DNA of 64,000 bases from Thermodesulfobacteriota bacterium (GTDB lineage Bacteria > Desulfobacterota > Desulfobacteria > Desulfobacterales > C00003060): contig JAXHVD010000006.1 in NCBI GenBank assembly GCA_034189385.1, positions 96,001 to 160,000 of the forward strand, given 5' to 3'. Made by a program: the position numbers and the translations under genes. Each line of letters starts with the position of its first letter. Position 1 is the first letter of the stretch. The notes below the pieces were generated by a model. It saw nothing but the letters and a program-made list of their open reading frames with translations, ran no database searches and was not told the origin of the DNA. Positions 1 to 9,658 of this stretch are shown piece after piece.

Positions 1-1
1 A

Positions 2-685
2 AAGGGCCTCGTCAACGACTTTGCCAATGTCCTCTCCGCCGATGTCGAACAGCGGCTCCTTGGGATTACCGGAGAGCTTCTGAAAAAGACCCAGGTGCCT
101 ATCATCGTTGTGACCATGCCGGAGATCGGCGGTGAAGATTACAACGAATATGCCAACCGCCTTTATGAGGCATGGGGAATCGGGAAAAAAGGAGAGGATC
201 AAGGCGTCCTTCTGTTTGTCACCATCAAAGAGCGGAAGATGCGCATCGAAATCGGCTACGGCCTAGAAGGGCTCATCCCCGATGGCCTGGCCGGCCAGAT
301 CCGCGACCAGTATATGATCCCCTATTTGAGGCAAAACCAATTCGGCAAAGGGCTCTTAAACGGCACCCTTGCCATTGCCCAAATCATTGCCAAGGATGAA
401 GGTGTACGCCTCACAGGCCAAGCTGCCGTGAGGCCGCCTCCTGAAAGAGGCTTCAGTTTTAAAAAAGTCTTTCTTCTGTTCGTCTTTCTTGGGCTTCTCT
501 TATCCATGGGACGGAGACGAGGCGGAATCTGGCCCCTCTTGTTGCTCATGGGCATGGGCCGGGGCGGCTATTCCGGAGGATATGGCCGGGGCGGTTTTGG
601 CGGGAGCTTTGGCAGCTTTGGTGGTGGTTTTGGCGGTTTTGGCGGCGGCATGAGCGGGGGCGGCGGCGCTGGCGGGGGGTTTTGA
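2..685 (+). CDS. TPM domain (YgcG-like) membrane protein with Gly-rich C-terminal tail; 5'-truncated by window edge
   Basis: Frame is open from base 2 (KGLVNDFANVLS...); WGIGKKGEDQGVLL...RIEIGYGLEGLIPD motif; TM segment then GGFGGG tail; next to lemA. Confidence 0.92.
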   Translation, partial: KGLVNDFANVLSADVEQRLLGITGELLKKTQVPIIVVTMPEIGGEDYNEYANRLYEAWGIGKKGEDQGVLLFVTIKERKMRIEIGYGLEGLIPDGLAGQIRDQYMIPYLRQNQFGKGLLNGTLAIAQIIAKDEGVRLTGQAAVRPPPERGFSFKKVFLLFVFLGLLLSMGRRRGGIWPLLLLMGMGRGGYSGGYGRGGFGGSFGSFGGGFGGFGGGMSGGGGAGGGF

Positions 686-687
686 GA

Positions 688-727
688 TGAGTTGTGAAGT
701 TGAGAGTTCAGCGTTCCGAGTTCAAAG
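688..727. repeat. Degenerate heptamer run (tgagttg/agagttc/agcgttc/cgagttc)
   Basis: Directly visible about 7-nt periodic nGAGTTy units in the intergenic gap. Confidence 0.5.
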
Positions 728-789
728 ACTCCGGCCGAAAGGGAAGACCCTAACAGGGAATCCGGAACAATCTTCCAGGAGCGAATATC

Positions 790-1524
790 ATGTCCAAGAT
801 ACCCAAAGAACCTCGTGAGGTTTTTTCCGACATCACTAGCGATTACAAGGCACTCTTTGCTGATGATCTGGTTTCCATTATACTTTACGGCAGTGCGGCC
901 AGCGGAGAGTACATGGCCGGCAAGTCAGATATCAACTTCATGATAGTGCTTTCTGATAATGGCATCGATTCTCTTGAACGGACCTTTGAAGTGATCAAGA
1001 AATGGAAGAAACGAAAAGTGGCAACGCCCCTATTTCTAACGGAAGACTATATTCGCACATCACTCGATGCCTTTCCCATCGAGTACCTAAATTTTCAGAA
1101 CTGCCACCAGCTGGTATACGGCAAAGATATCTTAAAAGATCTCACCTTTGACCGCGATTATGTAAGGCTTCAGTGTGAAAGGGATATCAAGGGGAAACTC
1201 TTACTTCTAAGGGAGGCCTTTCTGGAAACTGGAGGCAAGGGAAAAGACCTTCAGGAACTGGTTGCACATTCTGTTCATGCCTTTGTTGCCGTCTTTAATG
1301 GGCTCCTTTACCTGAAAGGAAAAGAGGTTCCTCGCCGTAAACGGGACGCCGTGGCACAGGTCTGTGACACCTTTGACCTGGAAAAGGCCCTATTTGAAAA
1401 GCTTCTCGACATTAGGGAAAAGAAGATCACGCTATCGGCTACAGAGATGGCCGGCGTGTTTCAAGCGTACCTGAAACAAGTGAGGAATATGTGGAAACAG
1501 TTGGATAGACTGGACACAGAATAA
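790..1524 (+). CDS. Pol-beta superfamily nucleotidyltransferase-like protein with helical C-terminal domain
   Basis: SIILYGSAASGEYMAGKSDINFMIV resembles hGS-x-DxD (here DxN); RBS caggag upstream. Confidence 0.8.
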   Translation: MSKIPKEPREVFSDITSDYKALFADDLVSIILYGSAASGEYMAGKSDINFMIVLSDNGIDSLERTFEVIKKWKKRKVATPLFLTEDYIRTSLDAFPIEYLNFQNCHQLVYGKDILKDLTFDRDYVRLQCERDIKGKLLLLREAFLETGGKGKDLQELVAHSVHAFVAVFNGLLYLKGKEVPRRKRDAVAQVCDTFDLEKALFEKLLDIREKKITLSATEMAGVFQAYLKQVRNMWKQLDRLDTE

Positions 1525-1575
1525 GGGCTTCTCACAATTGCCCTAAAATGATGTTTTTTCAAGGGAGGTAGTTCA

Positions 1576-2151
1576 ATGACAGGAGGACAAAAAACTGCGC
1601 TCATCGTCATAGGGGTTATCGTACTTCTTGTGCTCATTCCCTTTTCCTATCTGAAGGGGACCTACAATAGCCTCGTCAGTATGGACGAGGGGATCAAAGG
1701 GGCCTGGGCCCAGGTGGAAAACCAGCTTCAGCGCCGCTACGACTTGATCCCCAATCTTGTGGAGACCGTGAAGGGATACGCCAAGCACGAAAAAGAAGTG
1801 CTAATGGGTGTCACTCAGGCTCGTTCCAAGGTTGCCGGCGCAGGGAACATTAACGAAAAGATTGCGGCAAACAATCAACTCTCCTCAGCCCTGGCCCGCC
1901 TTTTAGTAGTCGTGGAGCGGTATCCTGATCTAAAAGCCAATACGAATTTCATTCGCCTTCAAGACGAATTGGCAGGAACAGAGAACAGGATTGCCGTAGA
2001 ACGTCGCCGTTTCAATGAGGCAGTGAAGGCCTTTAACGCCAGGATCAGGACCTTTCCCACGAACCTGATTGCCGGGATGTTTAGTTTTGAAAAGGGCACC
2101 TACTTCGAAGTACCTGAAGAAAAACAAGAGGCCCCTAAAGTAAAGTTTTAG
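1576..2151 (+). CDS. lemA: LemA family protein
   Basis: N-terminal TM; AWAQVENQLQRRYDLIPNLVETVKGYA and ERYPDLKANTNF..LQDELAGTENRIAVERRRFN motifs. Confidence 0.96.
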   Translation: MTGGQKTALIVIGVIVLLVLIPFSYLKGTYNSLVSMDEGIKGAWAQVENQLQRRYDLIPNLVETVKGYAKHEKEVLMGVTQARSKVAGAGNINEKIAANNQLSSALARLLVVVERYPDLKANTNFIRLQDELAGTENRIAVERRRFNEAVKAFNARIRTFPTNLIAGMFSFEKGTYFEVPEEKQEAPKVKF

Positions 2152-2152
2152 A

Positions 2153-5100
2153 ATGGAGTATATTGCTGATCTTCATATCCATTCCTACCTTTCAAGGGCA
2201 ACAGCCAAGAACCTGAACCTCGAATATCTGAACTTGTGGGCCCAGCTAAAGGGAATCACTGTGCTTGCCACTGGTGACTTCACCCACCCCCAATGGTTTT
2301 CAGAGCTTTCTGAAAAGCTTGAGCCAAAAGAAGATGGTCTCTTTGCCCTAAGGCCGGCCTTTGCCGCAGAGACGGCCCCCATGGTGCCACCGACCTGTCA
2401 AGGGCCAGTCCGGTTCATGTTGTGTGTGGAGATCAGCAGTATCTATAAGAAGGATGGCAAGACCCGCAAGGTCCACAATCTCATCTTTGCCCCCACCCTT
2501 GAGGCAGCGAAAAAGATCAACCAGAGACTGGAACGGATCGGCAACATTGCCTCTGATGGAAGGCCTATCTTGGGCCTTGATTCCAAGACGCTCCTTGAAA
2601 TCGTCCTTGAGACATCAGAAGATGCCTTTCTCATACCAGCCCACATCTGGACACCATGGTTTTCCGTACTCGGTTCAAAATCAGGTTTTGACTCCATTGA
2701 GGAATGTTTTGAGGACCTCACTTGTCACATCTTTGCCTTAGAGACAGGCCTTTCAGCAGACCCTGCCATGAACTGGCGGCTCTCCGCCTTGGACAGGTTT
2801 ACGCTGGTTTCCAATTCTGACGCCCATTCGCCCGCAAACCTTGGCCGGGAAGCTAACCTATTTGACACAGAACCTTCTTATTTTGCTATCAGAGATGCGC
2901 TGAAGACGGGCGACCCGAAGCGCTTTTTGGGGACATTGGAGTATTTTGCCGAAGAGGGGAAGTATCATTTCGACGGCCACCGAAAATGCAAGCAGAGACT
3001 TTCCCCCCTTGAGACCCTCCAGAATAAAGGACTGTGCCCTGTCTGCGGCAGGCCCGTTACCGTTGGTGTCATGTATCGCGTGGAAGAGTTGGCCGATCGC
3101 AAGCCAGGGGCAAAACCAGCAGGGGCACATCCTTACACGAGCCTCCTTCCTTTGACCGATGTACTATCAGAGGTCCTCCAGGTAGGACCAAAAAGCAAGA
3201 AGGTAACGACAGCCTATGGCGCCCTGGTCGAAAGGCTCGGATCGGAATTTGAGATCCTAAGGAAGACACCTATAGACGCCCTTGAGCGTCATGGCCCGCC
3301 CCTCCTTTCAGAAGCGATTCATCGCATGAGAAACAATCAGGTCACTATTGCCCCAGGATACGACGGGGAGTTCGGAACGGTCTCCCTCTTTACAGACGAC
3401 GAGCGACACCTCCTCCTCGGACAAAAGAGACTGCTAGGAATACCAGCTGGAAGGAGGACTACGTGCCGGGCCCAAAACTCTCAACCGTTCTTGTTTGATC
3501 AAGCAACAGAAGCAGCCAAGAAGGAACCGCTCGTGGCTGAGACAAGAGCCTCTTTCATACAACCAGAAGCAAACGGAGCAATGGAGGGCTCTGGCACCTG
3601 TGAGGGTCTTCTGAAAAACCTGAACGAGGCCCAGCAGGAGGCAGTGCAATATAAAGGAGGCCCCCTGCTGATCGTGGCAGGGCCAGGCACCGGAAAGACC
3701 CGAACGCTGACCCATCGCATAGGTCATCTGCTTCAGGAGGGAATTGCCAAGCCGGAACAGGTACTGGCCGTCACCTTTAGTAATAAGGCCGCCCAAGAAA
3801 TGGCTGAGAGATTGGCAAGGATCGTCCGGGATCAAGAGTCACTGGACAAAACCACCGTTAAGACCTTCCACGCCCTCTGTCTTCACATCATATCTGAAGA
3901 GAGAGATGCCTTGGGAGTTGGGCACCCGATCTGCGTATTGAATGAATTCGACCGCAGAGATCTTGTCAAAATGGCCATGGAGCAGGCAGGAAGGACCCTT
4001 TCGCCTTCGACAGGAAGCCCAGAAAAACTTCTCCATTTCATTTCTTTGGCCAAGCAACGTCTGCTTTCTCCAGAAGATGATCTCAGCGGCACTCTCCCTG
4101 AGGCCCTCCTGGACCAGTTTCCGACCCTCTATAAGGCCTATGAACACCTTCTTCGGACCAGCCATCTTCTCGACTTTGACGACCTTATCTTTCAAACAGT
4201 CAGGCTTTTTGAAACCAATGCATCAGCTTGCAAGCAATACCAAGACCGATTTCGTTTCATATCCATAGACGAATACCAGGATATCAATCATGCTCAATAC
4301 AGACTGATTCGGCTTCTGGCGCGGCCCAGCCATGACATCTGCGTGATCGGAGACCCGAATCAGGCAATCTATGGATTCAGGGGAGCTGACGTACAGTATT
4401 TCCACTGTTTCTGTGCGGATTATCCAGGGGCGAAAACGATTCACTTGAACCAGAACTATCGGTCCACAGAAACCATTCTCCGAGCATCTGGACAGGTCAT
4501 GGGGGCCTGTGGCGGGAAAGGGGATGAAAATGGGGTTTGGTCTGGCATTTACGGAGCCAAGGTCCTCACCGTTGCCCGACTTCCCACAGAAAGGGCCGAG
4601 GCCGAATATATCATTAAGACGATCGATCAGGAGATTGGCGGCATCAGCCATTTCTCCATGGATAGCGGTCGCACCGACCCCGCTCACGGGAAGAGGGAAC
4701 GCAGTTTCTCCGATTTCGCCGTGCTCTTCAGGGTAAAGGATCAGGCAAAGGACCTGAGAAAGGCCTTTGAACGTTCGGGCATGCCCTTTCAGATGGTTGG
4801 AGATGAAAAGCTCGAAGCCCGAAAAGGGATCAGGGAGTTGATTTCTTATCTGAAGGTAGGACTGTCAGTTAGCACCGATTTTGACCTTCAGCGGATCATC
4901 AATTTCCCTCCAAGGGGGATCGGCAGAGGCACTGTTGAGGCACTGACCACATGGTCCCAAACCACAGCAAAGCCCTTTGCAACTGCTCTTGATCACGGGG
5001 CCGAGATCCCCGGCCTGAAACGGCCGGCCAGAGATAGACTCGCGGGCTTTTCAGAAGACCTGAAGAGACTGACAAAGCGCATCCATGGGCAAAAGGTACA

Positions 5101-5617
5101 TGAACAACTTCAACGGATACTAGATCAGTTCAACATCAGAAAGGCCATGTCCAGCGACGAAGGCTTCCAGGAAGACCTGGCAACCCTTTTGGCCATATCT
5201 CGGGCCTTTGAAGATAGGAGTACAGCATTTCTAACCACCCTTTCCCTTGAAAAAGGGCAAGATCTGTACGATCCTGCTGCGGAGAGAGTGACCCTGATGA
5301 CCATGCACGCATCCAAGGGCCTTGAGTTTCCGATCCTCTTTATTGCAGGTTGCGAAGACGGCTTGATCCCTTTTCGGAAAAAGGACAATGAGGGAGATCT
5401 TTCGGAAGAACAAAGACTATTTTATGTCGCCCTTACTCGGGCCCAGGACAAGGTCTTTCTCACCCACACCAACCAGAGGCTATGGTTGGGGAGGAAGAAC
5501 AAGCAGCGCATCTCCCCCTATGTTGAGGCGATACAAGAAGATCTCAAACAATACCGGAGCCCCTTTTCGGGAAGCCCGGCCCAAGGAAAAAGGGATCACC
5601 AGCTAAGCCTTTTTTAG
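2153..5617 (+). CDS. Endonuclease Q-like PHP domain fused to UvrD/PcrA SF1 helicase
   Basis: ADLHIHS, TGDFTHP, PAHIWTPWFS, ETGLS, SNSDAHS, GKYH.DGHRKC..CPVCG, PGYDGEFG; then AGPGTGKT, DEYQD, GDPNQAIYGFRGA, NYRST, TMHASKGLEF, RLFYVALTRA. Confidence 0.93.
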   Translation: MEYIADLHIHSYLSRATAKNLNLEYLNLWAQLKGITVLATGDFTHPQWFSELSEKLEPKEDGLFALRPAFAAETAPMVPPTCQGPVRFMLCVEISSIYKKDGKTRKVHNLIFAPTLEAAKKINQRLERIGNIASDGRPILGLDSKTLLEIVLETSEDAFLIPAHIWTPWFSVLGSKSGFDSIEECFEDLTCHIFALETGLSADPAMNWRLSALDRFTLVSNSDAHSPANLGREANLFDTEPSYFAIRDALKTGDPKRFLGTLEYFAEEGKYHFDGHRKCKQRLSPLETLQNKGLCPVCGRPVTVGVMYRVEELADRKPGAKPAGAHPYTSLLPLTDVLSEVLQVGPKSKKVTTAYGALVERLGSEFEILRKTPIDALERHGPPLLSEAIHRMRNNQVTIAPGYDGEFGTVSLFTDDERHLLLGQKRLLGIPAGRRTTCRAQNSQPFLFDQATEAAKKEPLVAETRASFIQPEANGAMEGSGTCEGLLKNLNEAQQEAVQYKGGPLLIVAGPGTGKTRTLTHRIGHLLQEGIAKPEQVLAVTFSNKAAQEMAERLARIVRDQESLDKTTVKTFHALCLHIISEERDALGVGHPICVLNEFDRRDLVKMAMEQAGRTLSPSTGSPEKLLHFISLAKQRLLSPEDDLSGTLPEALLDQFPTLYKAYEHLLRTSHLLDFDDLIFQTVRLFETNASACKQYQDRFRFISIDEYQDINHAQYRLIRLLARPSHDICVIGDPNQAIYGFRGADVQYFHCFCADYPGAKTIHLNQNYRSTETILRASGQVMGACGGKGDENGVWSGIYGAKVLTVARLPTERAEAEYIIKTIDQEIGGISHFSMDSGRTDPAHGKRERSFSDFAVLFRVKDQAKDLRKAFERSGMPFQMVGDEKLEARKGIRELISYLKVGLSVSTDFDLQRIINFPPRGIGRGTVEALTTWSQTTAKPFATALDHGAEIPGLKRPARDRLAGFSEDLKRLTKRIHGQKVHEQLQRILDQFNIRKAMSSDEGFQEDLATLLAISRAFEDRSTAFLTTLSLEKGQDLYDPAAERVTLMTMHASKGLEFPILFIAGCEDGLIPFRKKDNEGDLSEEQRLFYVALTRAQDKVFLTHTNQRLWLGRKNKQRISPYVEAIQEDLKQYRSPFSGSPAQGKRDHQLSLF

Positions 5618-5678
5618 TGATGAAACCTGAAGAGAAAAATCATCTGCGATTCGTTATTTAGCAAATCAGGAAGGGACC

Positions 5679-6071
5679 ATGGAAGAGAAGCTAATAGAGA
5701 TGATAAAACTTGAAAATGGCCTGACTCTTGAGTTCTACGATGCTTCTAGGCCTCTAGCTGGAGACAGATGGATTGTCTCAATGGTGGCTTCCATAGAAGT
5801 GGGCCTCACGCCGGAATACTTCAAAGGCCAAAATTCAGCAGAGATGCTCCTAGAAGATATTGGGGCGGCAATAGGTGATAAAACCGTATACCGCTATGAA
5901 AAGATACGCAATTTCATTCCCGAGACCGAAAAGGACAAGGTGTTCAATGGACTTAAAGAACGCTTCTTGGACGCCAATCTCAGATACCTCTCTAGCCAGG
6001 AGTTCCCCCGGAAGCTGATCCTGAAGAAGTATCAAGAAGCTCATGGACGATCTATAAGATGGAAGGGCTAA
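5679..6071 (+). CDS. Hypothetical protein
   Basis: 130-aa ORF with RBS ggaagggacc; co-oriented after the helicase; no motif recognised. Confidence 0.75.
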   Translation: MEEKLIEMIKLENGLTLEFYDASRPLAGDRWIVSMVASIEVGLTPEYFKGQNSAEMLLEDIGAAIGDKTVYRYEKIRNFIPETEKDKVFNGLKERFLDANLRYLSSQEFPRKLILKKYQEAHGRSIRWKG

Positions 6072-6149
6072 CAGGTCTGCGATCCTCTTCCCACCGGCTT
6101 GTGTTTTGACGTGACTGCGGGCAGTGGAGGAAACCAGAAACAGAGCGTT

Positions 6150-6737
6150 TCATGAATCCCCTTCATAGGAGCCGACAATGATCTCCTCTATGGAACGCTT
6201 TGGCACGTGGTGCACGCCTTCCCTATCACGCCAATACTTGATGTCTCCATCAGGTCCCACTCTGTCGACCTGAACCGCTTCTTTCGGCTTCCCCAGGGCT
6301 ACGACAATGAGGATTTCGTAGTGAGGGGGAATCTCTAAGGCCCCGCAAAGTTGCTTTCTCCTCACGGAGCCGACGATACACCCCCCCAAACCCATTTCCG
6401 TGGCGCCCAACAGAATGCTTTGCGCGGCTATGCCGTGATCACATCCGAAGGAGTGACTGACCTCCTTGTCTCCCAAGACGATGATATATGCCGATGGCCT
6501 CTCTCCTTCTGAGGGGCCGGGCCAGTCTTTGAGATAGGCGGCCCATGCAAGGTGAGAGAATATCACCGCGTTCTTTTCAGTACCGCAAGAAAGTATGTAC
6601 TTTAAGGGCTGCAGATTAGCTGCTGATGCAGAGAGTCTAGCCAAGTCCACCAGCTCTCTCAGGGTGGCCATGTCAATGGAAATATCTTCATAAAAACGCC
6701 GATAGCTCCTGTTTCTTAAGACTAACCCTCTCACCAT
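6150..6737 (-). CDS. Nitroreductase family protein
   Basis: RSYRRF, SASAANLQPLKY, DHGIAAQSILLGA..GLGGC, HHVPKR; start moved to ATG 6737 after a ggggga RBS. Confidence 0.92.
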   Translation of the reverse strand: MVRGLVLRNRSYRRFYEDISIDMATLRELVDLARLSASAANLQPLKYILSCGTEKNAVIFSHLAWAAYLKDWPGPSEGERPSAYIIVLGDKEVSHSFGCDHGIAAQSILLGATEMGLGGCIVGSVRRKQLCGALEIPPHYEILIVVALGKPKEAVQVDRVGPDGDIKYWRDREGVHHVPKRSIEEIIVGSYEGDS

Positions 6738-6768
6738 CTTAGAATCCCCCCTGAAGACCTGCATATAT

Positions 6769-7269
6769 CTATGAGACATCTCCCAGTTCCAGCTCGAATT
6801 TCTGCTCAAGGACCTTGGTTCCCCACTGTGTGCCCTCTCGTTGTTCTGTCAGACGAAACCCGGACTTCTCATAAAGATGGCGCGCTGCATCAAGGCCTTC
6901 AAAGGTCCAAAGATACACTTTTTTGTAGCTTCTGTTCCTGCAAAAAGAGATGGCCTCCTCCATGAGTCTCTTGCCCATATCTTGTCCACGTATCTGCTCG
7001 GAAAGAATGAACCATCTCAGATGTGCCCCCTCTCTAACTGCATGGACCCCGTCAATAGCTATGGACCCCTCAACCCTATGGCTCAGACAGACGGTCCAAA
7101 ATCCGTCACGCCTATTGTCGAAGCGGCAAAGAAAGTCTGACAGTTCTGTGGCAACTTTCGCCTCGAAGAACAGCCCGAAACTCCAGTTTTGGTAGTAATA
7201 GCTTGCGTGCAACTCCACTATTCTACCAATGGCACCTGGAACATAGCCACACAGTTCCCCACGGATCAT
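6769..7269 (-). CDS. GNAT family N-acetyltransferase
   Basis: LRWFIL...RGQDMGKRLM (motif A), YLWT..L.AARHLYEKSGF; RBS caggag. Confidence 0.9.
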   Translation of the reverse strand: MIRGELCGYVPGAIGRIVELHASYYYQNWSFGLFFEAKVATELSDFLCRFDNRRDGFWTVCLSHRVEGSIAIDGVHAVREGAHLRWFILSEQIRGQDMGKRLMEEAISFCRNRSYKKVYLWTFEGLDAARHLYEKSGFRLTEQREGTQWGTKVLEQKFELELGDVS

Positions 7270-7359
7270 CACCCACTCCTGAAAGACATGATACTGGCGT
7301 CCCTTTTTCCAAGGGGCGGCCCATAACCACCCCAAAACGGCCTTGGAAGCGTCGTCAGG

Positions 7360-7857
7360 CTATCCGTCAGTCCTTTTATTGAGGACGTCGATGACGGTCT
7401 TTAACAATAGAAAGAGAAGGCCCGTGTCTTCATCAGTGAGATTGACAGGATCTTCCTCTTCAGGGGCCTCAAAGAGGGTATCCACCACGTACTTGATAAC
7501 ATATGGCTGAGTGCAGATCTGGACACTGGCGATCCTTTCATAAAATTTATCATGGGCCTTCTCCAGGCCCTCCATAAGCCTTTCGTTGGCCTCGTAACAC
7601 GCGATGATCTCCTCAGCGGAAACGCCCTTGAGCCCTTTGCCGTAACCCTTTTCAAACATCCGATAGACGACCAAGAACATATAAATTGCAAGCTCGGCGA
7701 CTTGCTGATTAAGGTCTTTGCTAAATTCCATCACGAAAGAGAGAAGGTCCGGCTGCTTCTTGCCCGCCATCTTCATCTCTTTCCTGGCGCGAGAGGGGCC
7801 AAAAAGAGCAGTCTCTTCCCAGGTTTCTTCAACGAGCTTCTGTGATAAGGACTCCAT
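7360..7857 (-). CDS. Hypothetical helical protein
   Basis: Long ORF with ggag RBS, in a run of minus-strand genes. Confidence 0.75.
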   Translation of the reverse strand: MESLSQKLVEETWEETALFGPSRARKEMKMAGKKQPDLLSFVMEFSKDLNQQVAELAIYMFLVVYRMFEKGYGKGLKGVSAEEIIACYEANERLMEGLEKAHDKFYERIASVQICTQPYVIKYVVDTLFEAPEEEDPVNLTDEDTGLLFLLLKTVIDVLNKRTDG

Positions 7858-7932
7858 CATGCCTCTCCAGAACTCCAATGTCTTGTTCTGCGACGCGATT
7901 GAATGCTGATAATGCTCCTGTTCGTCCCCAGG

Positions 7933-8583
7933 TCATCTTGCTGAAAAATAGATGTCTCCGTAAAACGCAGTCACCTCTCCGTTGCCGTTGTCTGTATCTG
8001 TCATCAACGCAACAGCATCAATGGTTTGAATCTCCTCACCGAATAGCTTTTTGAAATCAGCCACTATGTTACGTTTCTCGAACTGCCATGTAGCTATCTC
8101 ATCTTCTGCTGACCGCAGCGCCATCATCATCGCTTTTTTGCCTGCAAAGACATTGGGCCAAATATGTCCTTTCGGCGAAGTGTTCGCCCAGACGTAATTG
8201 ATGGCCTTAGTCTTCCAGAAGAGCCATCCACCAGAGACCACAACATAGATTCGCGCGGCGTAGTCATCACCTGATTTGCTTTGCTCGTTGAGTTCGCCCA
8301 ACCGGTTTTCAATTCGCCAGCTCCAATTCAAGAAAGGATATTGCCTCAGATCAACACGAGTGTTTTTCACAAGCCCCGAGGCACGGGCGTGGCTGTCCGC
8401 CCGCAGTGCCTGTATCTGGTCAATGGGAGTGAGCATATAACGGGTTTCTCCCATAAATACTCTCGGTTTCCAACCGTCCAAATGGCCTGAAGAGAAGGCA
8501 CCCATCATCATTTGGTCTGCCTCTCCAGCACTGACCAAGGAGCTTAAGACCATACATATCAATAGAAGCGGCTGTTGTTTCAC
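7933..8583 (-). CDS. DUF3047-like exported protein
   Basis: Signal peptide; P.LNWSW, KSGDDYAARIYV, INYVW, FEKRNIVADFK..FG, AVALMTDTDN, YGDI. Confidence 0.85.
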   Translation of the reverse strand: MKQQPLLLICMVLSSLVSAGEADQMMMGAFSSGHLDGWKPRVFMGETRYMLTPIDQIQALRADSHARASGLVKNTRVDLRQYPFLNWSWRIENRLGELNEQSKSGDDYAARIYVVVSGGWLFWKTKAINYVWANTSPKGHIWPNVFAGKKAMMMALRSAEDEIATWQFEKRNIVADFKKLFGEEIQTIDAVALMTDTDNGNGEVTAFYGDIYFSAR

Positions 8584-8666
8584 AGGTCATGCCACAGGGC
8601 TTCTATCCCTCAATCCGGGATCAACGGCAGCGCTTAGCCCATCCTCCACCTTGAGGGTCGGGCCCG

Positions 8667-9002
8667 TTATTCCTTTTCCTTTGGCAAATAGTCCTCTCTT
8701 ACAGGCGAAAACACTTCAATGGCAAGCGAGTCCTCTATAATATGCGCGCCATGTTCAACGCCACCGGGAATACACCAGCTGTCACCTGGCTGCGCCTCAA
8801 AGGTCTCCGTTCCGATGGAGAGACGAATCCGACCTTTCACAAGGTAGCCGGTCTGCTCATGGGGATGGGCATGTTTCGGCAAGGTGCTCCCCTTTTTCAA
8901 TAAGAATTCTGTCATCAGGGTTTTATCCCCGTGCACCAAGGTCTTTTGCTCTATTCCTTCAAGGGCCGAGTTATAGCCGCTTTCGCCGTGTTTGTTGTAC
9001 AT
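8667..9002 (-). CDS. Cupin domain protein
   Basis: PKHAHPHEQTGY and PGDSWCIPGGVEH motifs; ATG 9002 with aaggag RBS. Confidence 0.92.
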   Translation of the reverse strand: MYNKHGESGYNSALEGIEQKTLVHGDKTLMTEFLLKKGSTLPKHAHPHEQTGYLVKGRIRLSIGTETFEAQPGDSWCIPGGVEHGAHIIEDSLAIEVFSPVREDYLPKEKE

Positions 9003-9100
9003 GCCTGACTCCTTTAACGACCCCGACGACTCTTTTCTGCATCCGACAGCAGAGACCGGCTCATGGGATACCCCTCCCCTTGAACCGTTTGTTCTAACAC

Positions 9101-9544
9101 TCAGAGGTCCTGATATTCCGACATCACAGGAAAAACCCGCATGACATCGCCCGGAATGGCCCGAGGACGCCCTGTACCACCGTCCACGAAAACCCATTCC
9201 GTCTCACCTTTGGCAAGGACGGTGTTGTCCGTTATTCTCACGAATTTGTACCTCCGCAAAGACCTCACCCGACGGAAGTTGACCACCCAGGTAAAGGCTT
9301 CCACCTGATCGCCGGCAAAGGCGGGGCGCAGGTATTCAACTCTGTGAGAGCGCACCACCCAGGTTCCCCCGGCTGCCTCCATGGCTCGGGTGCCTCCCAC
9401 AATATCTGAATGGAGCAGGGCAACGTCCTGCATCCATTGAACGTACACCACGTTGTTGACATGACCGTTTTGGTCCACCACGTCATCCGGAACGGTAAAC
9501 CCATACCGATAGACGGGCCGGTTCTTATGGTCTATCTTGCTCAT
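9101..9544 (-). CDS. Acyl-CoA thioesterase (4HBT/YbgC-like hotdog fold)
   Basis: VDQNGHVNNVVYVQWMQD; VEYLRPAFAGD. Confidence 0.92.
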   Translation of the reverse strand: MSKIDHKNRPVYRYGFTVPDDVVDQNGHVNNVVYVQWMQDVALLHSDIVGGTRAMEAAGGTWVVRSHRVEYLRPAFAGDQVEAFTWVVNFRRVRSLRRYKFVRITDNTVLAKGETEWVFVDGGTGRPRAIPGDVMRVFPVMSEYQDL

Positions 9545-9658
9545 GGTATGTCAGGCACCATGGACGGCAGGCAACCCACTGAAATAGCCAGCCGCGTCCA
9601 AGTCCTTATGGGGCTTTTCATATGTCGCCAAACACGTGGAGGCCGAACCCACACGACA

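Noticed and set aside
570..685. GGC/GGT-rich repeats
   Set aside because: They encode the Gly-rich tail normal for TPM proteins
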